The notes under the pieces: model-generated
Seen by the model: the letters and a program-made list of their open reading frames with translations, nothing else
Told to the model about the DNA's origin: nothing
The model's database searches: none
Translations under genes and position numbers: made by a program
From: the human T2T-CHM13v2.0 reference genome, Homo sapiens
Length of the DNA: 64,000 nt
Direction: 5' to 3' (one strand)
Assembly: GCF_009914755.1 (NCBI RefSeq)
Contig: NC_060928.1
Shown: one piece after another, positions 1 through 12,927 of the stretch
How the letters are laid out: each line of letters opens with the position of its first letter
Position numbering within the stretch: position 1 is the stretch's first letter

Positions 1-124
1 TTCTCAGAAACTTCTTTGTGTTGTGTGTACTCATGTAACAGTGTTGAACCATCCTTTTGACAGAGCAGTTTTGAAACACTCTTTTTATAGAATCTGCAAG
101 TGGATATTTGGATAGCTTTGAGGA

Positions 125-141
125 TTTCGTTGGAAACGGGA
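125..141 (+). other. CENP-B box, m1 (core intact; recurs in each HOR)
   Basis: TTTCGTTGGAAACGGGA matches the nTTCGnnnnAnnCGGGn core. Confidence 0.92.
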
Positions 142-462
142 TGACATATAATATCTAGAGAGAAGCATTCTCAGGAACTTCTTTGTGATGTTTGCATTCA
201 AGTCACAGAATTGAACATTCCCTTTCATAGAGCAGGTTTGAAACACTCTTTCTCTAGTATCTGGAAGTGGGCATTTCAAGCGCTTTCAGGCCTATGGAGA
301 GAAAGGAAATACCTTCAAATAAAAACTAGACAGAAGCATTCTCAGAAACTTATTTGTGATGTGTGTCCTCAACTAACAGAGTTGAACCTTTGTTTTGATA
401 CAGCATTTTGGAAACACTCCTTTTGTAGAATCTGCAGGTGGATATTTGGATAGCTTTGAAGA

Positions 463-479
463 TTTCGTTGGAAACCGGA
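463..479 (+). other. Degenerate CENP-B box, m3
   Basis: TTTCGTTGGAAACCGGA: CGGG core changed to CCGG in all copies read. Confidence 0.85.
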
Positions 480-805
480 ATATCTTCATATAAAATCAAG
501 ACAGAAGCATTCTCGGAAACATCTCTGTGATGTTTGCATTCAACTCAGTAGAGTTGAACACTTCCTTTCATAGAGCAGGTTTGAAACACTCTTTCTGCAC
601 TACCTGGAAGCGGACATTTCGAGCGCTTTGAGGCCTATGGTGAAAAAGGAAATATCTTCTCATAAAAACCAGAAAGAAGCATTCTCAGAAACTTCTTTGT
701 GTTGTGTGTACTCAAGTAACAGTGTTGAACCTTCCTTTTGACACAGCAGTTTTGAAACACTCTTTTGGTAGAATCTGCAAGTGGATATTTGGATAGCTTT
801 GAGGA

Positions 806-822
806 TTTCGTTGGAAACGGGT
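806..822 (+). other. CENP-B box, m5 (core intact)
   Basis: TTTCGTTGGAAACGGGT. Confidence 0.88.
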
Positions 823-975
823 TATCTTCATATAAAATCCAGACAGGAGCATTCTCAGAAACTTCTTTGTGCTGTATGTCCTCAATTCACAGAGCTGAAC
901 CTTTGTTTGGATACAGCATTTTGGAGACATTCCTTTAGTAGAATCTGCAAGTTGATATTTAGATAGCTTTGAAGA

Positions 976-992
976 TTTCGTTGGAAACGGGA
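976..992 (+). other. CENP-B box, m6
   Basis: TTTCGTTGGAAACGGGA. Confidence 0.92.
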
Positions 993-1315
993 ATATCTTC
1001 ATAGAAAATCTAGACGGAAGCATTCTCAGAAACTGCTTTGTGATGTTTGCATTCAAGTCACAGAGTTGAATATTCCCTTTTATAGAGTAGGTTTGAAACA
1101 CTCTTTCGGCACTACCTGGAAGTGGATATTTCGAGCTCTTTGAGGCCTATGGTTAAAAAGAAATATCTTCCCATAAAAACTAGACAGAAGCCGTCTCAGA
1201 AACTTGTTTGTGATGTGTGTATTCAACTAACAGAGTTGAACATTTCTGTTACAGAGCAATTTTAAAACACTCTTTTTGTGGAATCTGAAAGTGGATAATT
1301 GGATAGCTTTGTGGA

Positions 1316-1332
1316 TTTCGTTGGAAACGGGA
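1316..1332 (+). other. CENP-B box, m8
   Basis: TTTCGTTGGAAACGGGA. Confidence 0.92.
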
Positions 1333-1653
1333 TGACGTATAAAATCTAGAGAGAAGCATTCTCAGGAACTTCTTTCTGATGTTTGCATTCAAGTCACAGA
1401 ATTGAACATTCCTTTTCATAGTGCAGGTTTGAAACACTCTTTCTGTAGTATCTGGAAGTGGACATTTCAAGCGCTTTCAGGCCTACGGGGAGAAAGGAAA
1501 TATCTTCAAATAAAAACTAGACAGAAGGATTCTCAGAAACTTATTTGTGATGTGTGTCCTAAACGAACACAGTTGAACCTTTGTTTTGATACAGCATTTT
1601 GGAAACACTCCTTTTGTAGGATCTGCAGGTGGATATTTGGATAGATTTTAAGA

Positions 1654-1670
1654 TTTCGTTGGAAACGGGA
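1654..1670 (+). other. CENP-B box, m10
   Basis: TTTCGTTGGAAACGGGA. Confidence 0.92.
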
Positions 1671-1995
1671 GTTTCTTCATATAAACTCAAGACAGATGCA
1701 TTCTCAGAAACTTCTCTGTGATGTTTGCATTCCACTCATAGAGTTGAAAACTTCCTTTCATAGAGCAGGTTTGAAACACTCTTTTTGTAATATTTGGAAG
1801 TGGACATTTGCAGCGCTTTGAGGCCTATGGTGAAAAAGGAAATATCTTCTCATAAAAACCAGAAACAAGCATTCTCAGAAACTTCTTTTTGATGTGTGTA
1901 CTCAAGTAACAGAGTTGAACCTTCCTTTTGACACAGCAGTTTTGAAACAATCTTTTTGTAGAATCTGCAAGTGGATATTTGGATAGCTTTGAGGA

Positions 1996-2012
1996 TTTCG
2001 TTGGAAACGGGA
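1996..2012 (+). other. CENP-B box, m12
   Basis: TTTCGTTGGAAACGGGA. Confidence 0.92.
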
Positions 2013-2165
2013 TATCTTCATATAAAATCTAGACAGAAGCATTCTCAGAAACTTCTTTGTGCTGTATGTCCTCAATTAACAGAGTTGAACCATTGCTTGG
2101 ATACAGCATTTTGGAAACATTCCTTTAGTAGAATCTGCAAGTTGATATTTAGATAGATTTGAAGA

Positions 2166-2182
2166 TTTCGTTGGAAACGGGA
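2166..2182 (+). other. CENP-B box, m13 (polymorphic among HOR copies)
   Basis: TTTCGTTGGAAACGGGA here; TTTCGTTGGAAAAGGGA in copies 4, 8, 9 and 16-19. Confidence 0.9.
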
Positions 2183-2507
2183 ATATCTCCATAGAAAATC
2201 TAGACGGAAGCATTCTCAGAAACTGCTTTGTGATGTTTCCATTCAAGTCACAGAGTTGAATATTCCCTTTTATAGAGCACGTTTGAAACACTCTTTCTGC
2301 ACTATCTGGAAGTGGACATTTCGAGCGCTTTGAGGCCTATGGTGAAAAAGGAATTATCTTCCCATAAAAACTAGACAGAAGCATTCTCAGAAACGTGTTT
2401 GTGATGTGTGTATTCAACTAACAGAGTTAAACTTTTGTTTTTACAGAGCCGTTTTTAAACACTCTTTTTGTGGAATCAGAAAGTGGATATTCAGATGGCT
2501 CTGAGGA

Positions 2508-2524
2508 TTTCGTTGGAAGCGGGA
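2508..2524 (+). other. CENP-B box, m15
   Basis: TTTCGTTGGAAGCGGGA (R=G variant of the consensus). Confidence 0.9.
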
Positions 2525-2845
2525 TTACGTATAAAATCTAGAGAGAAGCATTCTCAGGAACTTCTTTGTGATGTTTGCATTGAAGTCACAGAATTGAACA
2601 TTCACTTTGATAGAGCAGGTTTGAAACACTCATTCTGTAGTATCTGGAAGTGGACATTTCAAGCGCTTTCAGGCCTATGGTGAGAAAGGAAATATCTTTG
2701 AATAAAAACTAGACAGAAGCATCCTCAGAAACTTATTTGTGATGTGTGTCCTCAACTAACAGAGCTGAAACTTTGTTTTGATACAGCATTTTGGAAACAC
2801 TCTTTTTGTAGAATCTGCAGGTGGATATTTGGATAGCTTAGAGGG

Positions 2846-2862
2846 ATTCGTTGGAAAGGGGA
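2846..2862 (+). other. Degenerate CENP-B box, m17
   Basis: ATTCGTTGGAAAGGGGA: CGGG changed to GGGG in all copies read. Confidence 0.85.
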
Positions 2863-3015
2863 TATCTTCATATAAAATCTAGACAGAAGCATTCTCAGAA
2901 ACTTATTTGTGATGTGTGTCCTCAACTAACAGAGTTGAACCTTGGTTTTGATACAGCATTTTGGAAACACTCCTTTTGTAGAATCTGCAGGTGGATATGT
3001 GGATAGCTCTGAAGA

Positions 3016-3032
3016 TTTCGTTGGAAACGGGA
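3016..3032 (+). other. CENP-B box, m18
   Basis: TTTCGTTGGAAACGGGA. Confidence 0.92.
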
Positions 3033-3232
3033 ATTTCTTCATATAAAATCAAACAGAAGCATTCTCAGAAACTTCTCAGTGATGTTTGCATTCAGCTCAT
3101 GGAGTTGAACACTTCCTTTCATACAGCCGGTTTGAAACACTCTTTCTGCACTACCTGGAAGAGGACATTTCGAGCGCTTTGAGTCCCATGGTGAAAAAGG
3201 AAATATCTTCTCATAAAAACCAGAAAGAAGCA

Positions 3233-6200
3233 TTCTCAGAAACTTCTTTGTGTTGTGTGTACTCATGTAACAGTGTTGAACCATCCTTTTGACAGAGCAG
3301 TTTTGAAACACTCTTTTTATAGAATCTGCAAGTGGATATTTGGATAGCTTTGAGGATTTCGTTGGAAACGGGATGACATATAATATCTAGAGAGAAGCAT
3401 TCTCAGGAACTTCTTTGTGATGTTTGCATTCAAGTCACAGAATTGAACATTCCCTTTCATAGAGCAGGTTTGAAACACTCTTTCTCTAGTATCTGGAAGT
3501 GGGCATTTCAAGCGCTTTCAGGCCTATGGAGAGAAAGGAAATACCTTCAAATAAAAACTAGACAGAAGCATTCTCAGAAACTTATTTGTGATGTGTGTCC
3601 TCAACTAACAGAGTTGAACCTTTGTTTTGATACAGCATTTTGGAAACACTCCTTTTGTAGAATCTGCAGGTGGATATTTGGATAGCTTTGAAGATTTCGT
3701 TGGAAACCGGAATATCTTCATATAAAATCAAGACAGAAGCATTCTCGGAAACATCTCTGTGATGTTTGCATTCAACTCAGTAGAGTTGAACACTTCCTTT
3801 CATAGAGCAGGTTTGAAACACTCTTTCTGCACTACCTGGAAGCGGACATTTCGAGCGCTTTGAGGCCTATGGTGAAAAAGGAAATATCTTCTCATAAAAA
3901 CCAGAAAGAAGCATTCTCAGAAACTTCTTTGTGTTGTGTGTACTCAAGTAACAGTGTTGAACCTTCCTTTTGACAGAGCAGTTTTGAAACACTCTTTTGG
4001 TAGAATCTGCAAGTGGATATTTGGATAGCTTTGAGGATTTCGTTGGAAACGGGTTATCTTCATATAAAATCCAGACAGGAGCATTCTCAGAAACTTCTTT
4101 GTGCTGTATGTCCTCAATTCACAGAGCTGAACCTTTGTTTGGATACAGCATTTTGGAGACATTCCTTTAGTAGAATCTGCAAGTTGATATTTAGATAGCT
4201 TTGAAGATTTCGTTGGAAACGGGAATATCTTCATAGAAAATCTAGACGGAAGCATTCTCAGAAACTGCTTTGTGATGTTTGCATTCAAGTCACAGAGTTG
4301 AATATTCCCTTTTATAGAGTAGGTTTGAAACACTCTTTCGGCACTACCTGGAAGTGGATATTTCGAGCTCTTTGAGGCCTATGGTTAAAAGGAAATATCT
4401 TCCCATAAAAACTAGACAGAAGCCGTCTCAGAAACTTGTTTGTGATGTGTGTATTCAACTAACAGAGTTGAACATTTCTGTTACAGAGCAATTTTAAAAC
4501 ACTCTTTTTGTGGAATCTGAAAGTGGATAATTGGATAGCTTTGTGGATTTCGTTGGAAACGGGATGACGTATAAAATCTAGAGAGAAGCATTCTCAGGAA
4601 CTTCTTTCTGATGTTTGCATTCAAGTCACAGAATTGAACATTCCTTTTCATAGTGCAGGTTTGAAACACTCTTTCTGTAGTATCTGGAAGTGGACATTTC
4701 AAGCGCTTTCAGGCCTACGGGGAGAAAGGAAATATCTTCAAATAAAAACTAGACAGAAGGATTCTCAGAAACTTATTTGTGATGTGTGTCCTAAACGAAC
4801 ACAGTTGAACCTTTGTTTTGATACAGCATTTTGGAAACACTCCTTTTGTAGGATCTGCAGGTGGATATTTGGATAGATTTTAAGATTTCGTTGGAAACGG
4901 GAGTTTCTTCATATAAACTCAAGACAGATGCATTCTCAGAAACTTCTCTGTGATGTTTGCATTCCACTCATAGAGTTGAAAACTTCCTTTCATAGAGCAG
5001 GTTTGAAACACTCTTTTTGTAATATTTGGAAGTGGACATTTGCAGCGCTTTGAGGCCTATGGTGAAAAAGGAAATATCTTCTCATAAAAACCAGAAACAA
5101 GCATTCTCAGAAACTTCTTTTTGATGTGTGTACTCAAGTAACAGAGTTGAACCTTCCTTTTGACACAGCAGTTTTGAAACAATCTTTTTGTAGAATCTGC
5201 AAGTGGATATTTGGATAGCTTTGAGGATTTCGTTGGAAACGGGATATCTTCATATAAAATCTAGACAGAAGCATTCTCAGAAACTTCTTTGTGCTGTATG
5301 TCCTCAATTAACAGAGTTGAACCATTGCTTGGATACAGCATTTTGGAAACATTCCTTTAGTAGAATCTGCAAGTTGATATTTAGATAGATTTGAAGATTT
5401 CGTTGGAAACGGGAATATCTCCATAGAAAATCTAGACGGAAGCATTCTCAGAAACTGCTTTGTGATGTTTCCATTCAAGTCACAGAGTTGAATATTCCCT
5501 TTTATAGAGCACGTTTGAAACACTCTTTCTGCACTATCTGGAAGTGGACATTTCGAGCGCTTTGAGGCCTATGGTGAAAAAGGAATTATCTTCCCATAAA
5601 AACTAGACAGAAGCATTCTCAGAAACTTGTTTGTGATGTGTGTATTCAACTAACAGAGTTGAACTTTTGTTTTTACAGAGCCGTTTTTAAACACTCTTTT
5701 TGTGGAATCAGAAAGTGGATATTCGGATGGCTCTGAGGATTTTGTTGGAAGCGGGATTACGTATAAAATCTAGAGAGAAGCATTCTCAGGAACTTCTTTG
5801 TGATGTTTGCATTGAAGTCACAGAATTGAACATTCACTTTGATAGAGCAGGTTTGAAAGACTCATTCTGTAGTATCTGGAAGTGGACATTTCAAGCGCTT
5901 TCAGGCCTATGGTGAGAAAGGAAATATCTTCGAATAAAAACTAGACAGAAGCATCCTCAGAAACTTATTTGTGATGTGTGTCCTCAACTAACAGAGTTGA
6001 AACTTTGTTTTGATACAGCATTTTGGAAACACTCTTTTTGTAGAATCTGCAGGTGGATATTTGGATAGCTTAGAGGGATTCGTTGGAAAGGGGATATCTT
6101 CATATAAAATCTAGACAGAAGCATTCTCAGAAACTTATTTGTGATGTGTGTCCTCAACTAACAGAGTTGAACCTTGGTTTCGATACAGCATTTTGGAAAC

Positions 6201-9200
6201 ACTCCTTTTGTAGAATCTGCAGGTGGATATGTGGATAGCTCTGAAGATTTCGTTGGAAACGGGAATTTCTTCATATAAAATCAAACAGAAGCATTCTCAG
6301 AAACTTCTCAGTGATGTTTGCATTCAGCTCATGGAGTTGAACACTTCCTTTCATAGAGCCGGTTTGAAACACTCTTTCTGCACTACCTGGAAGAGGACAT
6401 TTCGAGCGCTTTGAGTCCTATGGTGAAAAAGGAAATATCTTCTCATAAAAACCAGAAAGAAGCATTCTTAGAAACTTCTTTGTGTTGTGTGTACTCATGT
6501 AACAGTGTTGAACCATCCTTTTGACAGAGCAGTTTTGAAACACTCTTTTTATAGAATCTGCAAGTGGATATTTGGATAGCTTTGAGGATTTCGTTGGAAA
6601 CGGGATGACATATAATATCTAGAGAGAAGCATTCTCAGGAACTTCTTTGTGATGTTTGCATTCAAGTCACAGAATTGAACATTCCCTTTCATAGAGCAGG
6701 TTTGAAACACTCTTTCTCTAGTATCTGGAAGTGGGCATTTCAAGCGCTTTCAGGCCTATGGAGAGAAAGGAAATACCTTCAAATAAAAACTAGACAGAAG
6801 CATTCTCAGAAACTTATTTGTGATGTGTGTCCTCAACTAACAGAGTTGAACCTTTGTTTTGATACAGCATTTTGGAAACACTCCTTTTGTAGAATCTGCA
6901 GGTGGATATTTGGATAGCTTTGAAGATTTCGTTGGAAACCGGAATATCTTCATATAAAATCAAGACAGAAGCATTCTCGGAAACATCTCTGTGATGTTTG
7001 CATTCAACTCAGTAGAGTTGAACACTTCCTTTCATAGAGCAGGTTTGAAACACTCTTTCTGCACTACCTGGAAGCGGACATTTCGAGCGCTTTGAGGCCT
7101 ATGGTGAAAAAGGAAATATCTTCTCATAAAAACCAGAAAGAAGCATTCTCAGAAACTTCTTTGTGTTGTGTGTACTCAAGTAACAGTGTTGAACCTTCCT
7201 TTTGACACAGCAGTTTTGAAACACTCTTTTGGTAGAATCTGCAAGTGGATATTTGGATAGCTTTGAGGATTTCGTTGGAAACGGGTTATCTTCATATAAA
7301 ATCAAGACAGGAGCATTCTCAGAAACTTCTTTGTGCTGTATGTCCTCAATTCACAGAGCTGAACCTTTGTTTGGATACAGCATTTTGGAGACATTCCTTT
7401 AGTAGAATCTGCAAGTTGATATTTAGATAGCTTTGAAGATTTCGTTGGAAACGGGAATATCTTCATAGAAAATCTAGACGGAAGCATTCTCAGAAACTGC
7501 TTTGTGATGTTTGCATTCAAGTCACAGAGTTGAATATTCCCTTTTATAGAGTAGGTTTGAAACACTCTTTCGGCACTACCTGGAAGTGGATATTTCGAGC
7601 TCTTTGAGGCCTATGGTTAAAAGGAAATATCTTCCCATAAAAACTAGACAGAAGCCGTCTCAGAAACTAGTTTGTGATGTGTGTATTCAACTAACAGAGT
7701 TGAACATTTCTGTTACAGAGCAATTTTAAAACACTCTTTTTGTGGAATCTGAAAGTGGATAATTGGATAGCTTTGTGGATTTCGTTGGAAACGGGATGAC
7801 GTATAAAATCTAGAGAGAAGCATTCTCAGGAACTTCTTTCTGATGTTTGCATTCAAGTCACAGAATTGAACATTCCTTTTCATAGTGCAGGTTTGAAACA
7901 CTCTTTCTGTAGTATCTGGAAGTGGACATTTCAAGCGCTTTCAGGCCTACGGGGAGAAAGGAAATATCTTCAAATAAAAACTAGACAGAAGGATTCTCAG
8001 AAACTTATTTGTGATGTGTGTCCTAAACGAACACAGTTGAACCTTTGTTTTGATACAGCATTTTGGAAACACTCCTATTGTAGGATCTGCAGGTGGATAT
8101 TTGGATAGATTTTAAGATTTCGTTGGAAACGGGAGTTTCTTCATATAAACTCAAGACAGATGCATTCTCAGAAACTTCTCTGTGATGTTTGCATTCCACT
8201 CATAGAGTTGAAAACTTCCTTTCATAGAGCAGGTTTGAAACACTCTTTTTGTAATATTTGGAAGTGTACATTTGCAGCGCTTTGAGGCCTATGGTGAAAA
8301 AGGAAATATCTTCTCATAAAAACCAGAAACAAGCATTCTCAGAAACTTCTTTTTGATGTGTGTACTCAAGTAACAGAGTTGAACCTTCCTTTTGACACAG
8401 CAGTTTTGAAACAATCTTTTTGTAGAATCTGCAAGTGGATATTTGGATAGCTTTGAGGATTTCGTTGGAAACGGGATATCTTCATATAAAATCTAGACAG
8501 AAGCATTCTCAGAAACTTCTTTGTGCTGTATGTCCTCAATTAACAGAGTTGAACCATTGCTTGGATACAGCATTTTGGAAACATTCCTTTAGTAGAATCT
8601 GCAAGTTGATATTTAGATAGATTTGAAGATTTCGTTGGAAACGGGAATATCTCCATAGAAAATCTAGACGGAAGCATTCTCAGAAACTGCTTTGTGATGT
8701 TTCCATTCAAGTCACAGAGTTGAATATTCCCTTTTATAGAGCACGGTTGAAACACTCTTTCTGCACTATCTGGAAGTGGACATTTCGAGCGCTTTGAGGC
8801 CTATAGTGAAAAAGGAATTATCTTCCCATAAAAAATAGACAGAAGCATTCTCAGAAACTTGTTTGTGATGTGTGTATTCAACTAACAGAGTTGAACTTTT
8901 GTTTTTACAGAGCCGTTTTTAAACACTCTTTTTGTGGAATCAGAAAGTGGATATTCGGATGGCTCTGAGGATTTCGTTGGAAGCGGGATTACGTATAAAA
9001 TCTAGAGGGAAGAATTCTCAGGAACTTCTTTGTGATGTTTGCATTGAAGTCACAGAATTGAACATTCACTTTGATAGAGCAGGTTTGAAACACTCATTCT
9101 GTAGTATCTGGAAGTGGACATTTCAAGCGCTTTCAGGCCTATGGTGAGAAAGGAAATATCTTCGAATAAAAACTAGACAGAAGCATCCTCAGAAACTTAT

Positions 9201-12200
9201 TTGTGATGTGTGTCCTCAACTAACAGAGTTGAAACTTTGTTTTGATACAGCATTTTGGAAACACTCTTTTTGTAGAATCTGCAGGTGGATATTTGGATAG
9301 CTTAGAGGGATTCGTTGGAAAGGGGATATCTTCATATAAAATCTAGACAGAAGCATTCTCAGAAACTTATTTGTGATGTGTGTCCTCAACTAACAGAGTT
9401 GAACCTTGGTTTTGATACAGCATTTTGGAAACACTCCTTTTGTAGAATCTGCAGGTGGATATGTGGATAGCTCTGAAGATTTCGTTGGAAACGGGAATTT
9501 CTTCATATAAAATCAAACAGAAGCATTCTCAGAAACTTCTCAGTGATGTTTGCATTCAGCTCATGGAGTTGAACACTTCCTTTCATAGAGCCGGTTTGAA
9601 ACACTCTTTCTGCACTACCTGGAAGAGGACATTTCGAGCGCTTTGAGTCCTATGGTGAAAAAGGAAATATCTTCTCATAAAAACCAGAAAGAAGCATTCT
9701 TAGAAACTTCTTTGTGTTGTGTGTACTCATGTAACAGTGTTGAACCATCCTTTTGACAGAGCAGTTTTGAAACACTCTTTTTATAGAATCTGCAAGTGGA
9801 TATTTGGATAGCTTGAGGATTTCGTTGGAAACGGGATGACATATAATATCTAGAGAGAAGCATTCTCAGGAACTTCTTTGTGATGTTTGCATTCAAGTCA
9901 CAGAATTGAACATTCCCTTTCATAGAGCAGGTTTGAAACACTCTTTCTCTAGTATCTGGAAGTGGGCATTTCAAGCGCTTTCAGGCCTATGGAGAGAAAG
10001 GAAATACCTTCAAATAAAAACTAGACAGAAGCATTCTCAGAAACTTATTTGTGATGTGTGTCCTCAACTAACAGAGTTGAACCTTTGTTTTGATACAGCA
10101 TTTTGGAAACACTCCTTTTGTAGAATCTGCAGGTGGATATTTGGATAGCTTTGAAGATTTCGTTGGAAACCGGAATATCTTCATATAAAATCAAGACAGA
10201 AGCATTCTCGGAAACATCTCTGTGATGTTTGCATTCAACTCAGTAGAGTTGAACACTTCCTTTCATAGAGCAGGTTTGAAACACTCTTTCTGCACTACCT
10301 GGAAGCGGACATTTCGAGCGCTTTGAGGCCTATGGTGAAAAAGGAAATATCTTCTCATAAAAACCAGAAAGAAGCATTCTCAGAAACTTCTTTGTGTTGT
10401 GTGTACTCAAGTAACAGTGTTGAACCTTCCTTTTGACAGAGCAGTTTTGAAACACTCTTTTGGTAGAATCTGCAAGTGGATATTTGGATAGCTTTGAGGA
10501 TTTCGTTGGAAACGGGTTATCTTCATATAAAATCCAGACAGGAGCATTCTCAGAAACTTCTTTGTGCTGTATGTCCTCAATTCACAGAGCTGAACCTTTG
10601 TTTGGATACAGCATTTTGGAGACATTCCTTTAGTAGAATCTGCAAGTTGATATTTAGATAGCTTTGAAGATTTCGTTGGAAACGGGAATATCTTCATAGA
10701 AAATCTAGACGGAAGCATTCTCAGAAACTGCTTTGTGATGTTTGCATTCAAGTCACAGAGTTGAATATTCCCTTTTATAGAGTAGGTTTGAAACACTCTT
10801 TCGGCACTACCTGGAAGTGGATATTTCGAGCTCTTTGAGGCCTATGGTTAAAAGGAAATATCTTCCCATAAAAACTAGACAGAAGCCGTCTCAGAAACTA
10901 GTTTGTGATGTGTGTATTCAACTAACAGAGTTGAACATTTCTGTTACAGAGCAATTTTAAAACACTCTTTTTGTGGAATCTGAAAGTGGATAATTGGATA
11001 GCTTTGTGGATTTCGTTGGAAACGGGATGACGTATAAAATCTAGAGAGAAGCATTCTCAGGAACTTCTTTCTGATGTTTGCATTCAAGTCACAGAATTGA
11101 ACATTCCTTTTCATAGTGCAGGTTTGAAACACTCTTTCTGTAGTATCTGGAAGTGGACATTTCAAGCGCTTTCAGGCCTACGGGGAGAAAGGAAATATCT
11201 TCAAATAAAAACTAGACAGAAGGATTCTCAGAAACTTATTTGTGATGTGTGTCCTAAACGAACACAGTTGAACCTTTGTTTTGATACAGCATTTTGGAAA
11301 CACTCCTTTTGTAGGATCTGCAGGTGGATATTTGGATAGATTTTAAGATTTCGTTGGAAACGGGAGTTTCTTCATATAAACTCAAGACAGATGCATTCTC
11401 AGAAACTTCTCTGTGATGTTTGCATTCCACTCATAGAGTTGAAAACTTCCTTTCATAGAGCAGGTTTGAAACACTTTTTTTGTAATATTTGGAAGTGTAC
11501 ATTTGCAGCGCTTTGAGGCCTATGGTGAAAAAGGAAATATCTTCTCATAAAAACCAGAAACAAGCATTCTCAGAAACTTCTTTTTGATGTGTGTACTCAA
11601 GTAACAGAGTTGAACCTTCCTTTTGACACAGCAGTTTTGAAACAATCTTTTTGTAGAATCTGCAAGTGGATATTTGGATAGCTTTGAGGATTTCGTTGGA
11701 AACGGGATATCTTCATATAAAATCTAGACAGAAGCATTCTCAGAAACTTCTTTGTGCTGTATGTCCTCAATTAACAGAGTTGAACGATTGCTTGGATACA
11801 GCATTTTGGAAACATTCCTTTAGTAGAATCTGCAAGTTGATATTTAGATAGATTTGAAGATTTCGTTGGAAAAGGGAATATCTCCATAGAAAATCTAGAC
11901 GGAAGCATTCTCAGAAACTGCTTTGTGATGTTTCCATTCAAGTCACAGAGTTGAATATTCCCTTTTATAGAGCACGTTTGAAACACTCTTTCTGCACTAT
12001 CTGGAAGTGGACATTTCGAGCGCTTTGAGGCCTATGGTGAAAAAGGAATTATCTTCCCATAAAAACTAGACAGAAGCATTCTCAGAAACTTGTTTGTGAT
12101 GTGTGTATTCAACTAACAGAGTTGAACTTTTGTTTTTACAGAGCCGTTTTTAAACACTCTTTTTGTGGAATCAGAAAGTGGATATTCGGATGGCTCTGAG

Positions 12201-12927
12201 GATTTCGTTGGAAGCGGGATTACGTATAAAATCTAGAGAGAAGCATTCTCAGGAACTTCTTTGTGATGTTTGCATTGAAGTCACAGAATTGAACATTCAC
12301 TTTGATAGAGCAGGTTTGAAACACTCATTCTGTAGTATCTGGAAGTGGACATTTCAAGCGCTTTCAGGCCTATGGTGAGAAAGGAAATATCTTCGAATAA
12401 AAACTAGACAGAAGCATCCTCAGAAACTTATTTGTGATGTGTGTCCTCAACTAACAGAGTTGAAACTTTGTTTTGATACAGCATTTTGGAAACACTCTTT
12501 TTGTAGAATCTGCAGGTGGATATTTGGATAGCTTAGAGGGATTCGTTGGAAAGGGGATATCTTCATATAAAATCTAGACAGAAGCATTCTCAGAAACTTA
12601 TTTGTGATGTGTGTCCTCAACTAACAGAGTTGAACCTTGGTTTTGATACAGCATTTTGGAAACACTCCTTTTGTAGAATCTGCAGGTGGATATGTGGATA
12701 GCTCTGAAGATTTCATTGGAAACGGGAATTTCTTCATATAAAATCAAACAGAAGCATTCTCAGAAACTTCTCAGTGATGTTTGCATTCAGCTCATGGAGT
12801 TGAACACTTCCTTTCATAGAGCCGGTTTGAAACACTCTTTCTGCACTACCTGGAAGAGGACATTTCGAGCGCTTTGAGTCCTATGGTGAAAAAGGAAATA
12901 TCTTCTCATAAAAACCAGAAAGAAGCA
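3233..12927 (+). repeat. HOR copies 2-4, canonical 19-mers (starts 3233, 6465, 9697; copy 4 is 3231 bp)
   Basis: Marker ORF spacing 3232/3232/3231; 1 bp deletion at ~9813 (GCTTGAGG vs GCTTTGAGG). Confidence 0.93.

Larger units (their letters stand above)
1..3232 (+). repeat. HOR copy 1, canonical 19-mer (reference unit)
   Basis: Monomer starts: 1, 168, 339, 510, 682, 852, 1023, 1193, 1359, 1530, 1701, 1872, 2042, 2213, 2384, 2551, 2722, 2892, 3062. Box types: B A B A B B A B A B A B B A B A B B A. Confidence 0.93.

Noticed and set aside
211-453. Cys-rich CxxC patterns (ICDVC, FCRIC) suggesting zinc fingers
   Set aside because: They result from TGTG-rich satellite sequence and lack zinc-finger spacing or any gene context.
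829-840. TATA-like TATAAAA motifs downstream of B boxes
   Set aside because: They are part of the B-monomer consensus and repeated throughout the array; sequence alone gives no evidence of promoter function.
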